Positions 15,780 to 28,051 of a stretch of 64,000 nucleotides of DNA are shown piece by piece; position 1 is the stretch's first letter; every line of letters begins with the position of its first letter. Source of the stretch: the human T2T-CHM13v2.0 reference genome, Homo sapiens; assembly GCF_009914755.1 (NCBI RefSeq), contig NC_060927.1. The stretch is one strand, 5' to 3'. Under the pieces are notes generated by a model that was given only the letters and a program-made list of their open reading frames with translations, was not told the origin of the DNA and did not search any database. A program made the translations under genes and the position numbers.

Positions 15780-16770
15780 TGAGTCACTTACCATTTGGAT
15801 TCTCTCAATTGTCCTATTTTCCCTAATCCTCTTGAGCCATTCAGAGTTCATTTTTATGTGTCCTTTTAGGGACGAGAAACAAGACCAGAGCCCTCCTTCT
15901 CTTTGCTTTGCCTGTATCTTCTTGACTCATTGTCTTGCAGAGCAGACAGGCTTTCTCTGGGTGGCTGAAAACAAGGCCACCACCCTCTCCAACTTCAAAT
16001 TCTTCCTGATCCATCCCCCAGGTGCAGGGCCCTCCTCCAACTCCAGCTGAAAAAAAAAAAATCTCTCAGGGAAGGATTTGATTGGCCTTGCTTGAGTCAC
16101 ATGTTTCCCCCACCAAGGGATCAGTCTTGTGATTGGCACATAGCCCCTTGTCATGTGTTTGGAGTTAGGACAAAAGAGGTGCCATGCCCCCAGAATTAGG
16201 GTGGGCATTGCTAGAACAGATAAAATACTACAGATGGCCCACATGATACTAACATGCATTTTAAGCAGTTTTCATTCTGCTGACATCTTGGAATTCTTGT
16301 TTATCTACATGGTTTTAAAAGATAGTTTAAATCATGTGGGTCTTTTAAAAGCTTCTTTTAACAGAATCAAGTGATGATGAAAGAGAATAAAAGTGAGTGA
16401 TTACAGTTTCAATATTTTAGGTTTCTCTTCCCTAAAAGTTATAAAGGCCCGTTTATAAACAAGAACCTCTCTTTGGCCATCCCTTTTTTTTTCCCCTTGG
16501 ACAATAAAAAGATTAAAAAGTCACGTGGCTTAGTGTCTGCTGTTTGGACAGCACAGATTATAGAGCATTTCTCTCATTCCAGAAATTTCTGTTGGATGGC
16601 ACTGATGTGGACGCTTAACAGAGGCCAAAAGCACAAGCAGAATGAGCCAAGAACACATCGGTGATCAGAGCAATGCATGTACAGAACAAGGGAGGAGCAA
16701 ATGCCAGAGGGTAAGGTGAGTCAGCAGAGACCACAGTTCCTACAGGAACGGCTGGGGGACAAATGTGGTT
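15780..16770. promoter_or_regulatory. Candidate enhancer: AP-1/ARE, RUNX and E-box cluster
   Basis: TGASTCA at 15780, 15923, 16093 and 16717 (TGAGTCAGCA); GTCACGTGG 16520; ACCACA 16730; TGTGGTT 16764. Confidence 0.35.
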
Positions 16771-16844
16771 CCAGGGTTGGGGGTGACACCTTAGTTATCA
16801 CTGGGCTGGCTCCTTCTCTTCAAGCAGGAACCAAAGCCCTTACT

Positions 16845-17010
16845 GCTAGTTACTGGAAGAGCCCAAGCCAGTGTCAGAACCAGCACTTGTGGGCTGGGCA
16901 CAGTAGCTCATCCCTATAATTCCAGCACTTTGGGTGGCCAAGGCGGGAGGATTGCTTGAGGACAGGCGTTCAAGACCAGCTTGGGCAACACAGGGAGACA
17001 TTGTCTCCCT
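16845..17010 (+). repeat. Inverted copy of 17779-17944 (47 bp flank plus Alu left monomer 16892-17010)
   Basis: gctagttactggaagagcccaagccagtgtcagaaccagcacttgtg-ggctgggcac ... gggagacattgtctc is the reverse complement of 17779-17944, including private Alu mutations. Confidence 0.92.
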
Positions 17011-17258
17011 GTGTCTCCTGCTTACTGGAAGGAAGGTCAGTGGAAGGAGGTAAGCAGGTATAGCTGGCTGGAGTATGGCACATAGCATAAGGGCAAGAAT
17101 AGATTCGTTCTGCACAAGAATAGATTCCTTGCCCAGGGAGAGACCTGACATTTTGGGGTCCAAACTTGTCAGGAAAGAAACAGAAATAAAGAAAACAAAG
17201 TCACTTAAGCTACCCTTTCTGGAGAGTCTTAACCTCTTTTTCTCTCTTCTAAGCTTTC

Positions 17259-17944
17259 TGATCAAAATGAAGCCAAGAAAATAAAGGTCTGGAAGGAGTT
17301 GGGCGGAACATCCAACCCAGAATATTCCTTTTTATAGATGTACCAGAATTCAAACATTCCCCCATGTGAGGCACTTTTAGGTTGTCCTAGTTATCTTTGC
17401 TTACCTAGTCCCTGATAGTGTCTGGCACAGAGTTGGTATTCAGAAAATGTTGTTGAATAAATTAATTAATCCCCTTTCAGTTACGTAAGGAAACAGTAGT
17501 TGCCCAGGAAAACAGTCATCTATTAAATGTGGGCATGAAGGGAATAATGGATATTAAGGTATATCATTTAAGACAGTGGCTGCTACAGCACATCACAAGT
17601 GCTGGTTTGGTTTTACTTTTGGAGACGGTCTCTCTCTGTCAGCCAGGCTGGAAAGCAGTGACATGATCATAGTTCACTGTACCTTGTACTCATGGGCTCA
17701 AGCGATACTCATTCAACCTCCTGAGTAGCTAAAACTAGAGGGGCACGCCACCATGCTCGGCTAATTTTTTTTTTTTTTAGAGAGACAATGTCTCCCTATG
17801 TTGCCCAGGCTGGTCTTGAACTCCTGGCCTCGAGGATTCTCCCCATCTTAGCCTCCCAAAGCACTGGAATTACAGGGATGAGCTGTTGTGCCCAGCCCAC
17901 AAGTACTGGTTCTGACACTGGCTTGGGCTCTTCCAGTAACTAGC
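17259..17944 (-). repeat. Left arm of long inverted repeat (interrupted by an Alu)
   Basis: Matches the reverse complement of 19080-19464 once the Alu at 17608-17897 and one TSD copy are removed. Confidence 0.95.
17608..17897 (-). mobile_element. Full-length old Alu (AluJ-like)
   Basis: Diverged antisense Alu (catgatcatagttcactg, gggctcaagcgat, ctatgttgcccaggctgg). TSD cacaagtgctggtt (17594-17607) / cacaagtactggtt (17898-17911). Confidence 0.92.
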
Positions 17945-19079
17945 TGTATTCCCTGTGCCTCAGTTTCCTTATCTGTGAAATGGGGGTATTGCATTTGATG
18001 TGCTCCATGGGCCTGTCCAGCTCTCAAATTCTCTGCATAGTGACACCTGACCATTCCTTCTTTGACCTAGAACACAGGCTTTCCCTGCACTGCCGCCAAA
18101 AGTGTATTAAAGAGATTTCTGCTGTCTTTTTGGTGGGGATAAAGGAGTCTATTAAGGGGGGCAGGTATTAACCCTTCCCCCATCAAATGTGAGTTTGGGA
18201 GTGTCCCCAGTCCATCTGGTGCCATCTTACCTGCGCTTTAAGTTGTAAAACTATTCATGATTATGTACATGTCTGTCTGAGACCACAGGACTGGGGAGAA
18301 GTCCTCCCTAATCTCAGCAGAAAGCTGGAAGCCAGCTTGTGTGATTGATTTCTGGAAGCAGAAAGAAGAATGTGCAGCTCCGAGAAGGGGTTAATGCAGG
18401 AGGTCATAAAATTGCAGGCAAGAAATTTAAATTAAAAAAAAAAAAAGGCCAAGGAAACAGGCACCTTCAAGCAAGTAAGCAAAAAAAAAAAAAAAAAAAA
18501 AAAAAAACAGGAAATAACATGTAAAACTACCTACAGACTCCGTACTTTATGCATTTCTAACTACTTATGTGCCTCTGGTTTGGGAAAAACAAAGCTAGTG
18601 AGTTCAATATCATTATCTTTACTTTACAGAGAGAAAACTGGCCAGGAGAGGTTCTCTAATTAATTTGCATTACTGAGAGCCTATTAAGTACCAGGCGTAA
18701 GTTATACAGCAGTGTATGTGATGGACATGAAACTTACAGCTCACTGAGAGCTGTCAGATATTGAAAAAATGATTAGCCAAATAACTACTTAATCATAACG
18801 ATGTGATATATAAAAGGAAAAGTCTAGGGTACTCAGTGGGATGCAGACAAGTAACAGGTGCAACTATCTAACTTGTTGGAGGGGTCAGAGAAGGGCTCTG
18901 AGGAGGTAAGCAGGAATCTGAAGGATGGGTGGGAGGTCGCCAGGTCAGGAACGTGGAGGCAGAGTATGAACACTGTGCGTGAAGCAATCTGCTAAAAATC
19001 CCCGTGCCAACTGGAAGTCAAGTTGTTGCCATTATCTATTTCTTCCTTTTCTCCTGTGCTTCAAGACCCAGAAAGCACG

Positions 19080-19464
19080 GCTAGTTACTGGCAGAGCTCA
19101 AACCAGTATCAGAACCAGCACTCGTGATGTGGTGCTGCAGCAGCCACTGCCTTAAATGATATATCTTAATATCCATTATCCCCTTCGTGCCCATGTTCAA
19201 TAGATAAATGTTTTCCTGGGCAACTACTGTTTCCTTAAGTAACTGAAAGGGGATTCATTAATTTATTCAACAACATTTTCTGAATACCAACTCTGTGCCA
19301 GACACTGTCAGGGACTAGGTAAGCAAAGATAACTAGGACAACCTAAAAGTGCCTCACATGGGGGAATGTTTGAATTCTGGTACATCTATAAAAAGGAATA
19401 TTCTGGGTTGGATGTTCCGCCCAACTCCTTCCAGACCTTTATTTTCTTGGCTTCATCCTGATCA
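19080..19464 (+). repeat. Right arm of long inverted repeat, with empty Alu target site
   Basis: Reverse complement of 17259-17607 plus 17912-17944. Single target-site copy aaccagcactcgtg at 19113-19126. Confidence 0.95.
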
Positions 19465-20459
19465 AAAAATTTATAAAGAGAGAGAGAGGGAAAAAAAAAG
19501 AAAAAGAAAAAAGAAAAAACCGGTATTGGTCCCAGCCAAATGGAGCTCCACAGTCAATGGCCTCAGGAAGATCCCCCACCTGCACCCCCGACTGTGCTGG
19601 GGCCCCTATTACTGCCCTTGTAGAATCCGGGTTTTCTTCCTAGCCCTTAGCTAATTTGCAATTATACATTTATTTTTGTGATTGTTAGATGAATGCCTGT
19701 CTTCTGCATTAAGCACAAGGTACAGGAGAGAAGGGACCAGTCCTGCTTTTGGTCTCCACTGTATCCTCAGCACCTAATCCAGGACTATGATAGAGAATCT
19801 GCCCAATAACCATTTGTTGAGTGAGTATATGAATAAAGCTGACAAGCGAGAGAAATCTCATAACTAAAGAAAAAGAGAGAAATAGTTAATAACAAGAACA
19901 ACTTGACCTCCAGTTAGTACAGGGATTTTTAGTATATTGCCTGGCACATAGTGTTTGCACTCTTAAATGACAGTTATTATTTAAGATAACTTTAAATAAC
20001 CTGAAACTAGAAAAATAGCTGAAGCTTTCCTTCTAAACCTGTGATGATTATCCCTGTTGTGGGGTGAGAGAAGTGACGCAACTTGCCTATAGCCGCAGCA
20101 CTGGAACTCTCAGCCTGATGCACGCCCTAATAACCCTTATACCTTGACAAGAGTCACACAAAGAAGAACCTGCCTTCTTCCTCCTTTTCTCCACAGCATC
20201 CTACCTATCGTGAGCTCTTATCACCAAACTTTGAAAATCTCTGTAATACCTTCTCAGTTTTTTGTCTGTACCACCTAGACAATTATTTGCTTAATACCTT
20301 TCTTTAAATCAACCCAGTGGGTTACTTTGAAAAGTTCAATAGAAAGTATACTATCGCTTTATCTTAAATATTGGAGAACTGCAATAAACACGATGAAAAC
20401 AAAAACGCCTTGACTAAATTCACATATTAATGTCTGAGAAAGGATCTTGGCCTGAGGGC

Positions 20460-20870
20460 TACTCTCTGAAGCAGCTAAAGGAGACATACTAAAGGAACTT
20501 CTTTACGCAGAAGGAAAGGCTCCCAGATGGAAGGAAGGAAGTGCAGGAGGAAAAGCAACGCATCTAAAAGGGTAAATACAAAAATTGTTCCCTGTTGAAA
20601 GCAAAGAATAACAATAGTGTGTGTGTGTATGTGTGTGTGTGTGTATAAAACAGACGACCTCAGGACCAAACAGGCAGGAACAGAATAAATACATTTAAAT
20701 TGTAAGGGTCTTGCATAGTTCAGGTTGTAATAAAAGTAGTAATTGGAAGTAGACTGCAATAAGTTAAGGATGTATTTTATAATTTCTAGGGCACCCAACC
20801 ACTAGAATGATAGAACAATGCACAACAGAAACGCTAACGCAGGAGATAAAGTAGGCAGGGGAAAAAGAAA
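20460..20870 (+). mobile_element. Old L1 fragment with internal (TG)n
   Basis: atactaaaggaacttcttt ... agtagactgcaataagttaaggatgtattttataatttctagggcacccaaccact resembles L1M sequence; (TG)n at about 20617-20644. Confidence 0.55.
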
Positions 20871-21229
20871 TTAGCAAAGATGTGTTAACAAGGTAAAAAA
20901 AAGAAATGCCAGTACAAACCAAAGACTTCAGTAGGTCTGAATGAAGCTTGGAAAGAAAATAAACTTCGTGCTTTTGATTCAATATTTTCTAATGCTGCAC
21001 CTGTGACCCACCTGAAATTCACCTCCTCTTACCCTCAAGAAGTGGATATAGGCTTTGAAGCCTGGTTCACCCAATGGGTATGACGAGGAGGCCATTCATT
21101 ATTAGGACTGGTGCTTGGAATCAAATGTTCATATCCTCCTCACTTTTCTCATGGGACAAATGTCAGAGCAGAATTGGACTCTGCATAGGGAACCAGATGC
21201 CACTTCTAACCAGAGGCCTTCCTTCAAAC

Positions 21230-21442
21230 CAGTGGTCATCACTGGGGCTGATTTTGTCCACCAAGGGGCATTTGACAATGTCTGGAGACATTTTTGGTTG
21301 TCATAACTTAGGGGAGGGGGTCCGCTACTGGCATCTAGATGCCAGGGATACTGCTGAACATCCTACAATATGCAGGACAGCCCCAAACAACAAAGAAGTA
21401 TGTGGCCCCAAATGCCAGTAGTGCCAAGGATGAGAAACTCTG
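21230..21442 (+). mobile_element. MER20 (hAT-Charlie) DNA transposon
   Basis: cagtggt ... ggggctgattttgtccaccaaggggcatttgacaatgtctggagacatttttggttgtca ... gtgccaaggatgagaaactctg; near full length. Confidence 0.85.
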
Positions 21443-24178
21443 CTTTAGGGCATAACTAATTACAACACCAAACCAAAGTCTCGATTGGAAGCTAAGAGGA
21501 AGAGAGTTGGCAACATGAATGCAGCTGTCCTGAATTCCCTACTGGTAGAAAAATGTTCAGCCCCACTTCCCTGCGCTGGAATCAGATGCTTCATTAACAC
21601 TGAGACTCTTCTCAGAGAGTTTGGTGACATTCTAGAACACAGAAAAAGCCCTAGTTTCACAAAGCTAAGATCCTGGAAATTAAGTAAAGGCCTCTTCTGA
21701 CATCAAACTCCAGAGATACAGCATTCTGGGAGGAGAGTAATACAATGGAGAGATGTTGTTTTAACATGACATGTCTACAAGGCCTATGTTGAGTAAATGA
21801 GCAGCCTCCTTAAATATAGAAGAGGCTGTGGTCAATCTTGTGCCTCAAGCCATTTCTCAGGGAGGCCTGAGTTGCTTCGCCCGTCTTTGTTTTAGTTGGT
21901 TGTACAAAACACAGCCTGGTGTATTTCTGTCTTTTCTTAGCGTCTGTGTATCTCACCAGGCACAGCTGTCACCCTTGCCTCCTCCTTTGCCAGAGTGGAG
22001 GCTCCTGGAGCCAATGTGCTTTCTCCACAGTAGCGCCAAGCCTCAGGGAATGTTGCCCTCTTGTCTCCTGCTGACAGCTGGGGCTCTGCAGAGACTCAGA
22101 GGCAAGAAAGCAACGCTCCCTGGAGGCCCCCTGCTCCCTAGAAGGCATCCCCAGGGATTCAGGACAGGCAAAGATTTCTCTCAGGGGCAAAGACTTTACT
22201 GCACCCCAGGCTTTCCTCCCACATGATGGTGGATGTGCAGGGGAGGGGAAGAAGGAGGGAGTGGGGCAGCCATATGCAAGGCCTGGGAAGCAGGAAGGGA
22301 GGGCTAACACTCCTCTGAGAACACTAATCTCCCCAGCATCTGGCACTGCACAGAATCTCCCTGTGGATTCTTGAAGTTCTCCAAAAGCATCAGCTCTTGG
22401 AGGTGCAGCCTAGACCCCTAAGGATCTCCAGGGTGGGTAGTGCACATCCATGCTGGGATCTGATTTGTCACTCAGATGAGTTAATGTCAAAGCCGTTGCT
22501 GTGTTCATGGTAAGTTTTCTTTCTCTGGGTGGCCCATCTACAGCTGGTGCTAACCACCATGGTGCAGACCTCATCTACATCCAACTGTTTACCAAACTCA
22601 GCCAATTCTATTCAAATCTCACTTATATCCCTTCTCCTCATTTCTCTCTCTTCATCTCTGTTGCCCTGTCTTGGTCTAGGTGGGTCATCTCTTACACAAA
22701 TGACTAATGAGTCTCTCTCACCTTCTCCATTCTGTCTCTATGGCCCTCTACAGATACCTGTAGAGGAGCATACACCCTCCTCCTTTGTGATTTTTCAGAA
22801 ATATAATTCTGATCATCCTCCTGCTTAAAACCTTTGGAATACTTACCCTGGCTTTCAGAAACTTCAAATTCCTTAGGGCTGGGCAGAAGTTCCTATTGGT
22901 ATCCAGCCCTTCCTTTTCTCTTGAGCTCATCTCTGGCCAGTCAAACCCCCAGGGAGAGTGGTAATTATATGAGTCAATCATAGGGAGAAAGCAAAACCTT
23001 CTGACCCTATGGCTTTGCTCATTTTAAAGGTTATCCAGGCTGAGGCAGCCGTTCACACCAGGGAGGCCAGTCAGAGTTGAAAGCATGGCTCCTGACTCTG
23101 AGGGACAATAGCATCTGCTGCTGGCCCAAAACCCTAGTTTATACCCTCTGCACTCCTCAAGAGTCCATCTTTCAGGATTCTAGCCCCCTATCAGGCTTAT
23201 TACTCTCTCCTCCAGCCACATCTGAGTAATGGGGTAATGTTTGACATTCCCTGAGCTCCTACTGCACATTCCAGACACTGCGCTAAGCCCTTCACCTGTC
23301 CTGTCTTGTTTAACCTTCACAGCAACCACACAAGGCGGTATAATTATTGTGCCTATTTTGCAGATCACCAAACTGAGACCCAGAGGTCAAGTAACTTGAA
23401 GATCACACAGCCAGAAAATGGTGGAGCTGGGATTTCTAATCACAGGCATGTCCTAATGTATTGGTCATACATTTCCCAGGTTAAGATGGGGGTACTGAAG
23501 CTGCTTCGAAGTTCAGAATGGGGAGGGCACTTTATAGCATGTTACTTATTCTTCTGTGTATATTTTTAGCATGTGTTAGCAGCTACAAATTTGCCATCTC
23601 TTTTGAAAAGATGCTTTTGCCTTCTTTGAGGACTTACTCATCCTGTTTAATAGAAAGGATTCAGAAGTGTCTTAGTGGTAAGTTGCAACTTGCCCTACTA
23701 TTCCTGCAAGAATCCTGGAAAGCTTGGCCAGATTTGGGGAAAAAGAAGGAAACTCTACTTGGTCACCCTAATCTCAGAGGATGCAGGCAGGGACTCTCAG
23801 TTCAGAAAGTGACCTCCCAAAGACCCAGAAAGGACTGAGTTGCATTGTGAGTTTAAAACCATTGCTAGGGCTCCTGGAGACTGGAGGGTGGGGTTCTGGC
23901 ATCTCAGAGACAGCAGCTGAGTTATGTGTGCTCTGTTTCCCCTCCAATGTGAAGAAAGCTTCAACACCTCCTACAGAAGAGGGGCCGTGAGACCACAGCC
24001 CAAAGGAGGCTGGACAGGGAGGGTCTCAGCCAGGGTTGCATAAGAGAAGTGGCATTGCACTTAAAGACCTGCACTTGGGAACACAGAGGAGCTTTCCCAG
24101 AGGCAGCTGAATGCTTAAAAAGTGAATCTCTCAAGCTGCCCTGCTTGTCTCTGCAGCTGTTCTTCATCTATTTTGTTT

Positions 24179-25320
24179 GGGTTTAAAGGTCAGTGAAAAT
24201 GCACGGCACAGGGTTATTTAGCACCTTCCACAGAGGATGCGGATGCCTTTTTCAGTGGCCACACAGAATTCAATATGTGTTACTCTCCCTCCTTTAGCAA
24301 TATGGGGGAGCTGTGTCTGAGGACTGGCGCTGTCAGGAGGTGAACCTGGCTGGTGGGGGACTGAACTGCATTCCTGGCATTCAGGAGAATACTTCTCCCT
24401 CAAGATTTATGGGCTTCATTTTATGTTTAAATGGTTTCTGTCAAAATTCCAAGAGGCTTTAGTGAGTAATGGGAAGCAAGGAAAGGGAAAGCATACTCCA
24501 GGTAGTAGAAATAGCACCGACAAAGGCTGTTGAGAAGTGAACACGCATTTGTGCAGCGAATGTTTACTAAGCATCTACCACACGTCTTTGACTGATTGCC
24601 AGATAAAAGGGTTTGGAGCCACAGAACTCTGACAGACTCTCTTAAGGCTATTGCAATCCCTGGCCTCTCTGGGAGAGTGAAGTCCTGTTGTCGTTTCTTC
24701 CAACTGGGGTTAGAGAGCAGCATCTTAGGGGAGCCCAGTTCATACCAACCCCTTCCCAACCAGCAGAGGAGCTTCAGAAAATGAAGCTCAGAAGCTGATC
24801 CAAGATGGAGATACAGAGACAAGGAACAGCTGTTTGCTCTTTTTTAATTCTAAATCTGGCATGCCCTCGAGTCCCTGGTAGAGTCACACCCCATCTAGAC
24901 ATGATTTGGGCCCTGCTGGTGTCTGCAAAAACTCACCCCTCTGAGACCAAGACATACTCCCCACAGGCCAGCCACCTAGAGCCTCTTGCCAAACACCAGG
25001 AAGCCCATCTTGTCCACAGCAGCCTCTCAGTCCATTTTCACCATCTACACTCCAGCCTCTCCTTTGAAATAAATGTATTCAATGCAAAGGTACAAAATGG
25101 ATGAAACTGTTGTTTTTAAATGCTGATTTCATGCCCCTCCCAAAGGCACTCTTTTGTTCTATTTAATTTTTACTTCAGATTGCTGATAAACTCTAGGGTG
25201 GATTCATCAAAGGAAACTGATAATTACCAATTCTGTACATTTTATTTTGTTCATTATTTTGTTAGCATCTGATTCTGAAAAAATATTCTTTATAAATGGG
25301 CTGGAAGCTGGCATAAAAAT
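24179..25320. promoter_or_regulatory. Candidate endoderm/intestinal enhancer motif cluster
   Basis: HNF4-like GGTTTAAAGGTCA 24180; CDX-like TTTATGG 24406 and CATAAAA 25312; FOX TGTTTAC 24561 and TGTTTGC 24831; GATA at 24601, 25184, 25218; TCF/LEF ATCAAAGG 25206. Confidence 0.4.
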
Positions 25321-26367
25321 TATTAGCAATAACAAGATGTTTTTGCATAGAAATGGGTTTCTTACCGGCCAGCTGCAGTTAAGTGTGTGGGACTTGCTTT
25401 GTGGCAGCCAACAATATCCAGCAAGCTCCTTTCCACCTGCCTCCAGGTAAAAAAAAAAAAAAAATTGGCTTAGAACCCAAGAGTGGGGTTGTATTTTCCT
25501 CTGCAGAAAGGTACCCATCTTTTTCCAGCTGGGATCCCTGGTGGGTGGAAAATAGATTACCAGGGAAGTGGAGTCAGAGAGTGAGCCTAGAACAGCACTA
25601 AAAAAGGGCATCAGGGGGTCGGTGTCCTAAGGATTGGTTGGGGTGGAACACTGGGAGATCCCATAATTGCTAAGAATAGCAGAAAGTGTGTGCATTGGTT
25701 GATTCATTCCATATTCATGAACATGCACAGTCCTCAGTAGAATTTAATGTATATAAGCAGTGGGTATTGGTTATTTCTGGATGCTGCCCAACATCTTCCC
25801 ATCTTTGGGGGAGTTCCATGGTTTGTGATGCATCCCCAGGGTAGAAGCTGGAATCGCTCCTGCCCATCCACTCTTGCTGCTAAGATATAGGCAGGGGACT
25901 TAGGATCTACTGATCTGATACACTCACTTGAGGCTTTGCCTGGGAAACTAGTACCATGAAGTTGGTGCCATAGGGAATTCATTCTGCCAAACATTGCAGC
26001 AGATTATTCTAAGAAGCATCCAAACCCTAGACTCAGGGGAATTAACACAATATTTGTGCCCAGGGGTATATTCCTGGAGGCAGATCTGTGATGAAATCTG
26101 GCCACTGTTCTTGGTCACTAGGCTTTCATGTGTGTACCTCCGGCCTTCTCAGAGATTCTGTGAATTATCTAATGTTCTTAAACAAATTCCTTTTCCACTT
26201 AAACTGCCTAGAATGAATTCCTGAGGTTTGCAACTGGGAACCCAGACTGTGAACATAGCTTTATGTAAGCTGCAAGTGACAGAAGCCCAAAGGAAATTTG
26301 GTGAGTTTTGTAAGAAAAAAATCCAGTAGGAGTATTCGTGGTTTCAGGTATGGTCAAATCCAGGGGC

Positions 26368-26532
26368 CAGGATTGGTTACATAATTTGCAGGGCCCAATA
26401 CAAAATGTAAGTGTTGAGTCGCTTTTCAAAAATCATTAAGAATTTCAAGATAACAATATAAAAGCAGAGGGCCCTTCTAAGCTCAGACCCCTGTGTGACT
26501 GCACAGGTTGCATACCCATAAGTCTAGCCCTG
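26368..26532 (-). mobile_element. MER45A-like hAT-Tip100 MITE nested in an old MLT1 LTR (about 26253-26890)
   Basis: caggattggttacataatttgcagggccc ... gggcccttctaagc ... ctgtgtgactgcacaggttgcatacccataagtctagccctg. Confidence 0.7.
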
Positions 26533-28051
26533 CTGGGGCTCAAGCAATGTCACCAAGACTTCCATGTCTTTCTCTCTCTACCTCCTGGCTCTGCTTTTTT
26601 CTGTGTTGACTTCATTCCCAATCAAGTTTTCTTTATATGGTGTCCCCAAGCAGCTCCAAGCTTTAAGTGCAACAGAAAGAGAGGGGGCCCCTTTCCTATA
26701 ATTTCCAAAAAATAATCCCAGAAGTTGGTCCTATTGGTCAAGCCTGGACCACATACCTCTTACAGAAGGTAGAGTCATCCCCACTGGAGCCATGTGACTT
26801 TAGAGTAAAGGAGGGGTAACGCAGAGAACTGTACTAGCAAAAAGGAGAACAGATGGTGGGCAGACAAAAGCAACAGAGGTGACCACTGTACAAGGTACAC
26901 CTGCTCTTAAGAAGCTTATAAATTAATAGGAAATATGATCTCATAAGAAAATGTAACAGAGAGAGTTAATGTTTATCAACATGTGCTCCATTCATTTCCA
27001 GTCTCCCTTCAATTAGGTTAGGACCTGTGCAAGTTCTGGATTGCAAATCAACATAGTTAAGAATTATTGCCTCTCCTCCATCTTTCTCCTTCTTGGAGGC
27101 TACATATTCCAGAAGCATAAAGACAGGGGAAAGTGCTCAATAGGCATTGCATTATATGTAAACAAGAAATAAATCCTTTTTGTAATAAGCCATTGATATT
27201 TCTGACTTTGCTTATTACTGCAGCAAAGCATAATTTATTTTAATATAGTACATTTGAGAAGACAGAAAGTAAGGCTTTCTTGACTCTTTGTGCCCTCTAA
27301 CTCTATGTGCTTGGAGCTTAAAGGAGAACTATAGGTTGTTACGTTCAGAAAATGTCTTATGGTAGAGGAGACTGAACCAAGGTCTTGAAATATAGGTAGC
27401 ATTTGAGTAAACAGGGAATAGGGTCATCCTAAGTAGAGATTTGTATGAATAAGTGGTACCCCATGAGCCCATGACCCTTATGATGTTACCCTAAGTTTGA
27501 TTCTTTCATTGATTTAACATGTAAACTGCAGGTTTATCCATGTCTCCACTGGGATGTTCAGGGGCAGGAAAATGTATGCAGATAACATCTCTATGCTATT
27601 AACCCTCTAGTACATTTCTCCAAAGAGCATAGCCCTCAGCTGGACTGGGAAAAAGTAAGATATAGCCAAAAGTGCACTTCCATCTCAGGTCTATGAGGTA
27701 GCATTCCCCAAAGGCCAGTCCCAGAAGTTGACTGTCATAAAGGGTTTGGAAATCAATTCAGCTCTTCCTTCTGCATATTGGCGTATAAAGGGCTTTGACT
27801 ATCCCACAGTTAAGTAACCTAGTTAAGTTGGTCCATGTGTTTTCCATTTGACCATCATACCTCTTTTTCCCATAACGTCGTCAAGGGATGGTCATGGACA
27901 CTGCTGCACTGTTGCTATACCATTTTATACACCTGACCTATCTGTTATACAAAGTGTGTGTTGTAAATTTTATAATGAGCATTATAAAATGGCTATAAGT
28001 GATAAGTTACTGGAGTTCAGACCTATTAGTCACTACAAAGCCAGAAAGACA

